26,323 nt of DNA from Candidatus Hodarchaeota archaeon. Its GTDB lineage: Archaea > Asgardarchaeota > Heimdallarchaeia > Hodarchaeales > Hodarchaeaceae. Shown piece after piece: positions 1 through 8,207 of this stretch. The stretch is from NCBI GenBank assembly GCA_029856365.1, contig JAHQWW010000044.1:1-26323 (forward strand), given 5' to 3'. The notes beneath the pieces are model-generated. The model saw nothing but the letters and a program-made list of their open reading frames with translations, was not told the origin of the DNA and did no database searches. Each line of letters starts with the position of its first letter. Position 1 is the stretch's first letter. Made by a program: the position numbers and the translations under genes.

Positions 1-1
1 T

Positions 2-964
2 AGAGACTATAGTACTGAAAGACTTTTAATTGACGAAACGATCGAGTGGCAGGATGCCTGCCAATATAAGCTCATTAAAAATTGGAATATGTGGTACAAT
101 GAGTACGATGAAGATACCGATGGGTTGATTGATACAATTGAAGTTAATTTCGATATGACTTTCAGCAATTCTGGCCCTGTATTTCTAATCGCTTTGATGA
201 GAGTCCATTATTGGAATGAGGAGACCCAAAATTGGCAAGAGATTTACACCTATTTTTATGAGTTCTTTTCTGAGGAAGTAAAGGAAGGTTCTTGGTATAC
301 ATTAAATATCACATGGTCAGCATTGTACACAGGAGATTACAATGTTTCTGTGCAATTGGCGGATTTAAGTGCTTATACTACAAATATGCAAGTGGAGGAA
401 TGGATCGAATGGACCGATGTCACCGCCTATCAAGGTGTGGAGTTCGAATGGGAACGTATCCACGAGGATTATTATGAAGACAGACCAGATTCTATCGATA
501 TTGGCTACGAATTCTTATTCAGTCATTCTGGCTCTGTGGATTTTGATATTCGTATACATGTCTTATATTTAGATTATACCACATTGAAATTCGATCTAAA
601 AACGATTTTCTGGGATTCTTTCGAAACAGATGTCACTGAGGGTAAATGGTATGGATGGGTTAAAAATTGGGATTTATCAGACACTGAGGGTTACCAAGTA
701 TACTTCTTTATTACAATATTTGATGGTCGGGCACGAATAGTGGATGATATGGTCGGATTATATTATTATGATCATGAAGAACCACAGCAGATCCTTCCCA
801 TTGAAACAACTAGTTCTACGACAACTACTGTAACAACGGAAGAAGAAACCTACTCAACGACTTCAAGCACACCAAATGTAACATCAGGATGGACTGTTGC
901 TGCGATTCTGACTATGGTCATAGTAATCCTCTCCATCACACGAGGTAAAAGAAGAATTGGATGA
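2..964 (+). CDS. Cell-surface protein, 5'-partial: tandem ~119-aa beta-rich repeats, Thr/Ser-rich linker, C-terminal TM anchor
   Basis: The frame is open from base 2 (RDYSTERLLIDETIEWQD...), so the ATG at 89 is internal. Paired motifs FSNSG/FSHSG (nt 161 vs 518), EGSWY/EGKWY and IEWQD/IEWTD. DEDTDG Ca-binding-like motif. TTSSTTTTVTT linker, then TSGW, a hydrophobic helix and the tail RGKRRIG. Confidence 0.85.
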   Translation, partial: RDYSTERLLIDETIEWQDACQYKLIKNWNMWYNEYDEDTDGLIDTIEVNFDMTFSNSGPVFLIALMRVHYWNEETQNWQEIYTYFYEFFSEEVKEGSWYTLNITWSALYTGDYNVSVQLADLSAYTTNMQVEEWIEWTDVTAYQGVEFEWERIHEDYYEDRPDSIDIGYEFLFSHSGSVDFDIRIHVLYLDYTTLKFDLKTIFWDSFETDVTEGKWYGWVKNWDLSDTEGYQVYFFITIFDGRARIVDDMVGLYYYDHEEPQQILPIETTSSTTTTVTTEEETYSTTSSTPNVTSGWTVAAILTMVIVILSITRGKRRIG

Positions 965-999
965 GAAGAAACCACTTCTTTCCTTACTTTCTTTTTTTT
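964..999 (+). terminator. Putative U-rich terminator
   Basis: Short AGAAG-N6-CTTCT hairpin at the stop codon, followed by a pyrimidine/T tract (ttctttccttactttcttttttttt). Confidence 0.5.
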
Positions 1000-1132
1000 A
1001 ATTGAAGCGGAAATATACACCAAGGGTAAAAGCTGCACTCTAATTCTTCTTCGGATGAGGAAAAAAAAAAGATATATCAATTTATTCTTAAAAGTAAAAA
1101 AGACATAGTTGGAAAAATCTTGGTGAAAGTTA

Positions 1133-2125
1133 ATGGAGTATGTTAAATTAGGTACAACAGGATTGGATGTTTCTCGAATTTGCTTAGGGATGATGTCTTA
1201 TGGCGATCCCACCCTATTAAAATGGTGTCTAGACATCGATGGAGCTCGTCCAATCATTAATAAAGCCCTTGATCTTGGAATTAACTTTTTTGACACTGCT
1301 AATGTCTATTCGAGAGGAAGATCAGAGGAGATTACAGGTGAGATACTCAAGGGATATCGTGATGACGTTGTAATAGCCACAAAGGTGTTTTTTCCAGTAG
1401 AAGGCTATGTTTCTGATCCTAAACCTAATAAAAGCGGTCTTTCACGATTTCACATTACTCACGCAATCAAGGATTCGTTGAAACGCTTACAAAGGAAGTA
1501 TGTAGACCTCTACCAAATTCATCGTCTCGATCCTTTTACTCCCATTGAAGAAATATTACGGTCATTAAATCTACTTATCAATAATGGTACTGTTTTACAT
1601 ATAGGTGCTAGTTCAATGTTTGCGTGGCAGTTTGCAAAAAGCTTGTGGAAGGCAGAACGTTATGGATTGGAACCATTCAGAACCATGCAAAATCACTATA
1701 ATTTATGTTATCGGGAAGAGGAAAGGGAGATGTTACCTCTCTGTAAGGATCAGGGGATTGGGGTTATTCCGTGGTCACCATTAGCGCGAGGATTCTTATC
1801 AGGAAAATATACTAGAAATGGTAATCCAGATGATTATATTAGAGCTCGTACGGACAAATATATGAAACCTCGGTTTTTCAAACCAGAAGATTTTGATGTA
1901 GTTGAGCAAGTTGTAGAAATCGCCCAAGAGAAAGAAGTCACACCGGCACAAATTGCCCTTGCCTGGTTATTTTCAAAAGATTATGTTACATCACCGATCA
2001 TTGGCGCAACAAAAATCGAACATGTGGAACAAGCAGTTGAAGCTCTGAGCATTAAATTATCTGAGGATGACATAAAGCGGCTGGAAGAACCATATAAGCC
2101 TCATCTAATTTTAGGTCATTCATAA
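1133..2125 (+). CDS. Aldo/keto reductase (YajO/Tas-like subfamily)
   Basis: LGTTGLDVSRICLG, GINFFDTANVY (catalytic Asp/Tyr), IATK (Lys), DLYQIH (His), PWSPLARG, PIIGAT. GGTGA RBS at 1122-1126. Confidence 0.95.
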   Translation: MEYVKLGTTGLDVSRICLGMMSYGDPTLLKWCLDIDGARPIINKALDLGINFFDTANVYSRGRSEEITGEILKGYRDDVVIATKVFFPVEGYVSDPKPNKSGLSRFHITHAIKDSLKRLQRKYVDLYQIHRLDPFTPIEEILRSLNLLINNGTVLHIGASSMFAWQFAKSLWKAERYGLEPFRTMQNHYNLCYREEEREMLPLCKDQGIGVIPWSPLARGFLSGKYTRNGNPDDYIRARTDKYMKPRFFKPEDFDVVEQVVEIAQEKEVTPAQIALAWLFSKDYVTSPIIGATKIEHVEQAVEALSIKLSEDDIKRLEEPYKPHLILGHS

Positions 2126-2326
2126 AATTAGATTACCTTAAAGTTCTATAATTGATAACGCTTATTAGACATATCTAGCTAATTTCGCCTATATTATTCC
2201 CCCTGATAGATTGAAATGTTATATTATATTGAAATTTAAGTTTAATATAGCCAGAGTAGACGATGATATCTGTTGAGACTCCAAAAATGGTTTTCCAACA
2301 ACTCTTGTAGTGATAAATAATAGGTA

Positions 2327-4453
2327 TTAAATCTTCTTTCTCTTCACTCGAATCGCAATGACTCCAATAGCTAATATAACAATTAATAGATTGGTAAAAT
2401 CTATAGAATCAGCTTTTGCTAATCCGTGAAATACTTCCCATTTTTTAGTATTATAACCTTCAGTTTTAAGCCACCTTAAAGCAAGTTCAATCGAGTATTC
2501 GTCATAAGCAGTCGTAGTATTTACTTCTGGTTGTGTACCATCGGAGGCTCTTACTGTTTTCTTGTAAGATACCATTGCCTTTTCTGGTATTGATGCCCAA
2601 GAGGTACGAAGAAGGGGAGTATATGCAGGCACCCCTAAACTATGTAGTAAGTTCTCAATTATTTCATTACGGGGAATTATATGAGATATGGCATGTCGGA
2701 CGCCTTTCTGGTTCAAATGACGAATACCTCCTTCCTCAAATTTCGGGTTAAAGTACATAGCTTGCCAAATCGTTCCCTCGGAGAGAATCGGTTGAATTGA
2801 TGGTTCGGATTGAAGTTCATCCAATGTCTCTGCAAGAACTTCTGTATCTGAGTGAAAAACATCTAGAAACCAAGGATCAAGGATATTAACAGCCCCAGTC
2901 TTCATCTCCTCTAATGCTTCATCTAAATTATTTATCACAATAAACTTCGCTTTCGTGGGCATAGAAGTTAATTTTCCATTTTTAACCAGAAAATGACTAT
3001 TGTTTGGGGTCGTTACCCAAGTACTGGAAACATTATCCCAGCAGATATTCTCAAATTTTTGGAAGTTAATTTCATTAGTTACACGATTAACATTCTTGAA
3101 AACAACTGGTCCACAACCAATAGGCCCATTCAGACCTCCAGGATGGGCAGGATTACCAGTATTAAATGAATGGTCTCCCCAACTATATGGTGGAGCGATC
3201 CAAGTATTAAAATCAAGAGTTCCGTTTATATAACCATGCTTTTCTGGATCCCCTAAAATATGTTCAGGAAATAAAGGTAAACCAAGTATATTTGTTTCAA
3301 AAGGAGCATAATTCCGATTAAATTGATAACTAATATGCTCATAGAAACCATCCTTATCTTTATCTTCAACAATAAGAGGAGCACCATCAATTCTAAAAAT
3401 TTCCTCATCATGTGGAATATTTCCGAAATAAGAATGTGCTTGAAAAGAGAACGCAACATCCCACGCGTCTAATTGATGTCCATCATGCCAAAGAACGTCA
3501 TTACGAACGCTGATATTATACTGTAACCCATCTTCTGAATAATTACCCATTTTCGTGGCTATTCGAGGATAAAGTTTCAGACATTCTGCTGTGTCAAAGT
3601 TTTCTACCATCCAATCTTCACGATTGATATTCGATGGAAGAAACAAGTCTGATGATGGAGTATTCCCAACTAAAGAGTCAAGGGGAGGAAACGCACAATA
3701 TATGTCAGTACCTTGGTAATCATAAGGAACAATCATTGCATTGAAATTGGAACTTGGTAAATTTCCAGCAAATACAACCGTATCATTAGCTGGTCCTTGA
3801 TAGGATGAATCCATCCATTGAGTTTCTAAGGAGAGTAAAGGATCTTTTAGTGGATCAAATCCATAAAGCCCTGTTGAAATAGCATATATTTCATATTGAT
3901 TGTAAAGCATTACATTAGGCATCACATCATACCAGAGTTTCTGCCACTCAATAAGCTCATACTTGGTCTTTGTATAATTTTTGTTTGTCATGATTGACTC
4001 AATAAGACTCTCTGATTCCTCTGCTCCGTAATTCATTTGATTTTCTCTCTCTGAGGACCAATACATAACATTAGCGCCTTCTGGTGGAAACTCCTTGTAA
4101 CACTGTTCCAAAAATTCTCCTGGATGACTAGTTGGAGATACTAAATCCATACCAAAAAAGCAAACATCGTATCCTCCTTCACTATATGGAGGGACTTCTC
4201 CAGAAAAGATTTGTGGAATGATTTCAGCCCACGTGGTCATTTCTACATTAACCCCAATTCCTATCTTCGCTAATTCAGACGCGATAGCCTCTGAATACTG
4301 CAGTCTTTCTGGATTATTTGTTGGGAGCATAATATTGACTGTGAAAAAAGGATCAGGTTCTTTCACTCCTATCACAGGAGTTGCTAGAATGCAAACAGAT
4401 ATGTTTAGAATAAGTAAGAAGAGTATTCGGTAAATTTTTACCATTTTTTTCAC
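2327..4453 (-). CDS. Family-5 (OppA/DppA-like) ABC substrate-binding protein, circularly permuted, with N-terminal signal and C-terminal TM anchor
   Basis: SEDGLQYNISVRNDVLWHDGHQLDAWDVAFSF, PIGCGP, VRHAISHIIPRNEII and ELAKIGIGV are all family-5 SBP motifs. Hydrophobic N- and C-termini. Start is GTG 4453 or ATG 4444 (GGTGA just upstream of the latter). Confidence 0.9.
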   Translation of the reverse strand: MKKMVKIYRILFLLILNISVCILATPVIGVKEPDPFFTVNIMLPTNNPERLQYSEAIASELAKIGIGVNVEMTTWAEIIPQIFSGEVPPYSEGGYDVCFFGMDLVSPTSHPGEFLEQCYKEFPPEGANVMYWSSERENQMNYGAEESESLIESIMTNKNYTKTKYELIEWQKLWYDVMPNVMLYNQYEIYAISTGLYGFDPLKDPLLSLETQWMDSSYQGPANDTVVFAGNLPSSNFNAMIVPYDYQGTDIYCAFPPLDSLVGNTPSSDLFLPSNINREDWMVENFDTAECLKLYPRIATKMGNYSEDGLQYNISVRNDVLWHDGHQLDAWDVAFSFQAHSYFGNIPHDEEIFRIDGAPLIVEDKDKDGFYEHISYQFNRNYAPFETNILGLPLFPEHILGDPEKHGYINGTLDFNTWIAPPYSWGDHSFNTGNPAHPGGLNGPIGCGPVVFKNVNRVTNEINFQKFENICWDNVSSTWVTTPNNSHFLVKNGKLTSMPTKAKFIVINNLDEALEEMKTGAVNILDPWFLDVFHSDTEVLAETLDELQSEPSIQPILSEGTIWQAMYFNPKFEEGGIRHLNQKGVRHAISHIIPRNEIIENLLHSLGVPAYTPLLRTSWASIPEKAMVSYKKTVRASDGTQPEVNTTTAYDEYSIELALRWLKTEGYNTKKWEVFHGLAKADSIDFTNLLIVILAIGVIAIRVKRKKI

Positions 4454-6396
4454 CTAAATATTTTACTTGATTTTCGTTTCTTTATATGGATAATTATTAC
4501 CAAACCTATAGCAATTAAAAACAAAAGCGTTCCAAACGGAATAAAAACATCAGTTACTAAATTAGATTCGTTTTTCAAGATTTGAACCCAAACTAAATCC
4601 TTATAGAGTTGATTTCCATTTTGTATAACTAGTGAAAAGTTATATAATCCTACTGCCAATGATCTCAGTGATACAGTAATTTCAGAACCATTTTGTATAG
4701 CTTTAATATACGTACCATCCAATAAAACAACAATATTGGACCTATCTTCAGCTTGAACTGACCAAGAAAGTGTACCATTCTCTCCTTTCACTTCAGATCT
4801 TGATCTGACAAGATCTGAAGGATGAGTGCTGCAGAGTTTGAAATAGCTTCTAAAAAAACTTAACGATAACAGGGGAGCTTTATCGAATTGCCCATGATCA
4901 CCAGATATGACATAGAAAAGGTCTCCAATTTGGTTGTTATCTTCATCTCTACATTCGGAGTCATCTAGGTGTAACTCCCAGTAATTCCCAATAAAACCAT
5001 TATCCCATCTAATATCATCCATATAATAATACTTTACTTGAAATGAAGTATATGGATATGAGGAATTGATGAAAGCATTTCCTACAAAGGAAGTAAATTG
5101 AAAATGAGCAAGGAAATCAAATGAATATCCTTGAATGGCAAATTCAGTAATGTTATTAAATAAGTTACCAGTTACCCACGATCTCTCTGATGAATTGAAT
5201 CCTCCTAGATTACCCCTGAAGGCTAACCCAACTCCATTGGATGTGAAATTATTTTCTGTGATATAAAAAATAGTGGGAAAATCATAATTTTGTATTAAAA
5301 CCCCTGTTATAGTAATTTTATCAAAGATGTTTCCCTGAATTATTACATTTGAAATTGATGAAATAAGTATTTCACCTAGACTCCCTAGTGATTCGAGAGT
5401 TGTGATACCTCTTCGTAAACGTTGAAAAGTATTAAAGGAGATATTGATGTTTCTTCCAGCAATATTCATTCCAGTATAGCTCAAATTAATGAAAAAGTTT
5501 TTCAGAATAGTAATATCCCTTCCAATTACTATAATTCCGAAATTTGAGTCAATAAATGTATTATTTTCAATCCAAACATCATTTACTTCATAATAGAATG
5601 AATTAGGATATAAATACAGACCAGCAAAGCCACTCAGTATAAAAATGGATTTATCTACAGAAATATACCTACAGTTATGTAAACTGATTCCAACCTGGGT
5701 GTTATTGAAGGTGCATCCTGAAAGATTGATTCGAACAGAGTTGTATCCATAAATTCCTATTCCTCCATATCCCTCCACACCTGTAAAATCCTGAAAAGAA
5801 CAGTCAATAATCTCAATGTCCTGTGAATGATAAAAAACGATGCCATTAAAACCCGAAAGAAAATTGGAATCACTGATTGAGATTTGACTACTTCTGATGA
5901 AAAATCCAGGATGGTAGTCGTCTTGACCAAGACCAATAATAGAAGAATTGCTTATAAAGAGCTCATCTCCATAAAACTCTATAGATCCCCCTCCACCAAC
6001 ATTATTATCTACAAATAGTATTGAGTTTGAAATATTTAAGCGTGAGGATTCTCCAAGAATAACTTTGACATGAGAACTAGCGTTAAGAGGGGAAAAGATA
6101 ATTGTGCAATTTCTTATGAGTAGGTTTGATGATGAATTGAATGTAATAGATTCACTAAGAATAATTGTCGAATCTACCCAAGAAATATTTTCGTAAGACG
6201 CATTATTTGTATGAATTTTATCATTAGCAAAGCAAATCGGTTTTGAAAAAACAGAAAGCGAGCGATCTTCACGATAAATGAAGCTCTCATTTTTATTTGT
6301 TTTACACATTATTCTGAACGAATATCGTGATGATGTAATGGAAAATAGCATAAGAAAAAGAATAGGAAAGAAGAATTTCCAGATTCTAAGTCTCAA
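4450..6396 (-). CDS. Right-handed parallel beta-helix (NosD/PbH1-type) surface protein with C-terminal TM anchor
   Basis: Repeated I-x-x-N-x-F ... GI units; GNYW...DEDNNQIGD C-terminal cap; Ig-like stretch (GLYNFSLVI); TM followed by KKRK. Overlaps both neighbours by 4 nt. Confidence 0.85.
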   Translation of the reverse strand: MRLRIWKFFFPILFLMLFSITSSRYSFRIMCKTNKNESFIYREDRSLSVFSKPICFANDKIHTNNASYENISWVDSTIILSESITFNSSSNLLIRNCTIIFSPLNASSHVKVILGESSRLNISNSILFVDNNVGGGGSIEFYGDELFISNSSIIGLGQDDYHPGFFIRSSQISISDSNFLSGFNGIVFYHSQDIEIIDCSFQDFTGVEGYGGIGIYGYNSVRINLSGCTFNNTQVGISLHNCRYISVDKSIFILSGFAGLYLYPNSFYYEVNDVWIENNTFIDSNFGIIVIGRDITILKNFFINLSYTGMNIAGRNINISFNTFQRLRRGITTLESLGSLGEILISSISNVIIQGNIFDKITITGVLIQNYDFPTIFYITENNFTSNGVGLAFRGNLGGFNSSERSWVTGNLFNNITEFAIQGYSFDFLAHFQFTSFVGNAFINSSYPYTSFQVKYYYMDDIRWDNGFIGNYWELHLDDSECRDEDNNQIGDLFYVISGDHGQFDKAPLLSLSFFRSYFKLCSTHPSDLVRSRSEVKGENGTLSWSVQAEDRSNIVVLLDGTYIKAIQNGSEITVSLRSLAVGLYNFSLVIQNGNQLYKDLVWVQILKNESNLVTDVFIPFGTLLFLIAIGLVIIIHIKKRKSSKIFR

Positions 6397-7142
6397 GAAT
6401 TCACATCCATGTTTTTCTTTTCAATAGCGATTATCCTCCCCTTTCTAAGTAATAGAATCCGATCAGCTAATCGCGCTGCTTCTGAGTCATGGGTAACCAT
6501 AATTACGCTAGTACCCTGATCAACAATCTTTCTAAAGATGTTTAGAATTGCTTTACCTGTCTGCGCATCTAAATTGCCAGTGGGTTCATCAAGTAAGATA
6601 AGTTGAGCGTTATTTACGAGAGCACGAGCAATCGCAATCCGTTGCTTTTCTCCTCCAGAGAGCTCTTCGGGAAAATAATTAACTCTATTTAATAATCCAA
6701 CCATTTCAATTACAGATAATGTTCTTTCTTCTATTTCAGATGAATTTAGCTTATTTTTGAACCAAATAAATGGCAATTCAACGTTTTCCTTTACAGTCAA
6801 AGTAGAAACAAGAAAGTGATTCTGAAATACAAAACTGATTTTGATTGAACGAATGGAAGCTTTTTCCTTTGAATTCAAACCCTGAACATCTATTCCTTCA
6901 AATACTATTTTTCCATTATTTTGTTGTTCTAATAAACCAATTAAATTTAATAAAGTTGTTTTACCGCACCCAGAAGGTCCCATTATTGCAACCCATTCTC
7001 CTCGTGAGATCTCAAATGATACATCCGATAGTACTTCCAATTTCCATCTACCATCAGTAAAACTTTTTCCCAAGTGGGAGACTGAAAGAATATTTTGAGA
7101 TTGAAAAGATTGAGATCCTTCTTCTTTTATTGTCGAAACCAT
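6393..7142 (-). CDS. ABC transporter ATP-binding protein, LolD/MacB-like
   Basis: GPSGCGKT, FVFQ, LSGGEKQRIAIARAL, LLDEPTGNLD, VTHD. Confidence 0.95.
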   Translation of the reverse strand: MVSTIKEEGSQSFQSQNILSVSHLGKSFTDGRWKLEVLSDVSFEISRGEWVAIMGPSGCGKTTLLNLIGLLEQQNNGKIVFEGIDVQGLNSKEKASIRSIKISFVFQNHFLVSTLTVKENVELPFIWFKNKLNSSEIEERTLSVIEMVGLLNRVNYFPEELSGGEKQRIAIARALVNNAQLILLDEPTGNLDAQTGKAILNIFRKIVDQGTSVIMVTHDSEAARLADRILLLRKGRIIAIEKKNMDVNS

Positions 7143-7144
7143 GA

Positions 7145-8182
7145 CTAATTCTCCTTAAAAAATTTAAATTGAGAAAGGAGGCTACCACAATGATCACAAA
7201 ATCGATTTTTATAAGAATTACTTGTCCCACACAGCTGACAGGGAAGTTCTTTTTCAAGAATCTCCTCTGGATCAATGTCTTCTATTGCAATGGGATTTAA
7301 AACTAGTTTCTTTTCAGCTATATCTACTGAGAATCCCCAAGGGAAGTCAAGACTTTCCATTAGCTCTTCTGGAAGATATATTCTATTTTGAGCGTCTGGT
7401 ACTAATGTCCTTGTATGGTGTAATGCAGCTAAGTTAGCTACTGTATGATGACCGATAAGCATTCCATCTGAAAGTTCCATTACTCGATCCGTTCTTTTTG
7501 CTACTTGCGGTGAATGGGTAACTATGAAAAAAGCAGTTCCTAAATTTTCGTTGATCTCTTTCATAAGGTCAAGAAACTGTTCACCTGTATCAAAATCGAG
7601 ATTCCCTGTGGGTTCGTCAGCGAACACAACATCGGGTTGATTGATTAAAGAACTAGCTAGAGAAACGCGTTGAACTTCACCTGAACTCAACTTATTCGGA
7701 GAAGAATCAACTCTATCTAAAAGTCCCACGCGTCCTAAAAGGTCTAACGCCCTATACTTAAGTTCTCTGGAACTTAAACGGTCATTAATCATTCCTGGAA
7801 ACATTACATTCTTCAGGACTGAGAATTGAGAAAGAAGAAACGGTTGTTGGGAGATATATCCCAAGAATCTGTTTCGAACGCTGGCTAACTGAGAAACTGT
7901 GAAAAGAGAGAGGTCAGCTCCTAATTTTTTCCAATAAACAGTACCTGCTGTTGGCGGAATCAAACCAGCTAATATTCGAAGTAATGTAGTTTTTCCACTC
8001 CCAGAGGGACCAACACAACTGATCATTTCCTCAGAATGAATCGATAAGCTAACTCCTCGCAAAGCTACATGTTCAATTTTTTTGGAATGATAAATCTTAT
8101 AGATATTGAAGAGTGCAAGTAGTAAATTATCAGGTAATTCTTCTGTTGGATCATACATTAATTTTCTTGCCCGAATTGACAT
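7145..8182 (-). CDS. LolD/MacB-like ABC ATPase with C-terminal AbrB/MraZ-like hairpin and C4 zinc ribbon
   Basis: GPSGSGKT, LSSGEVQRV, FADEPTGNLD, VTHS. C-terminal DAQNRIYLPEELMESL...LVLNP, then CQLC-x10-CDHC. AGGAGA RBS upstream. Confidence 0.9.
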   Translation of the reverse strand: MSIRARKLMYDPTEELPDNLLLALFNIYKIYHSKKIEHVALRGVSLSIHSEEMISCVGPSGSGKTTLLRILAGLIPPTAGTVYWKKLGADLSLFTVSQLASVRNRFLGYISQQPFLLSQFSVLKNVMFPGMINDRLSSRELKYRALDLLGRVGLLDRVDSSPNKLSSGEVQRVSLASSLINQPDVVFADEPTGNLDFDTGEQFLDLMKEINENLGTAFFIVTHSPQVAKRTDRVMELSDGMLIGHHTVANLAALHHTRTLVPDAQNRIYLPEELMESLDFPWGFSVDIAEKKLVLNPIAIEDIDPEEILEKELPCQLCGTSNSYKNRFCDHCGSLLSQFKFFKEN

Positions 8183-8207
8183 ATAAAGTCTCCTATTGAC
8201 CTTTTCT

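Noticed and set aside
89-91. ATG at 89 as the start of the first gene
   Set aside because: The frame is open to the window edge with continuing repeat similarity and no signal peptide at 89, so the gene starts upstream.
2126-2326. 200-bp gap between the convergent AKR and SBP genes as a possible sRNA or small gene
   Set aside because: AT-rich, with no stable hairpin and no ORF with start plus RBS; best read as a terminator region.
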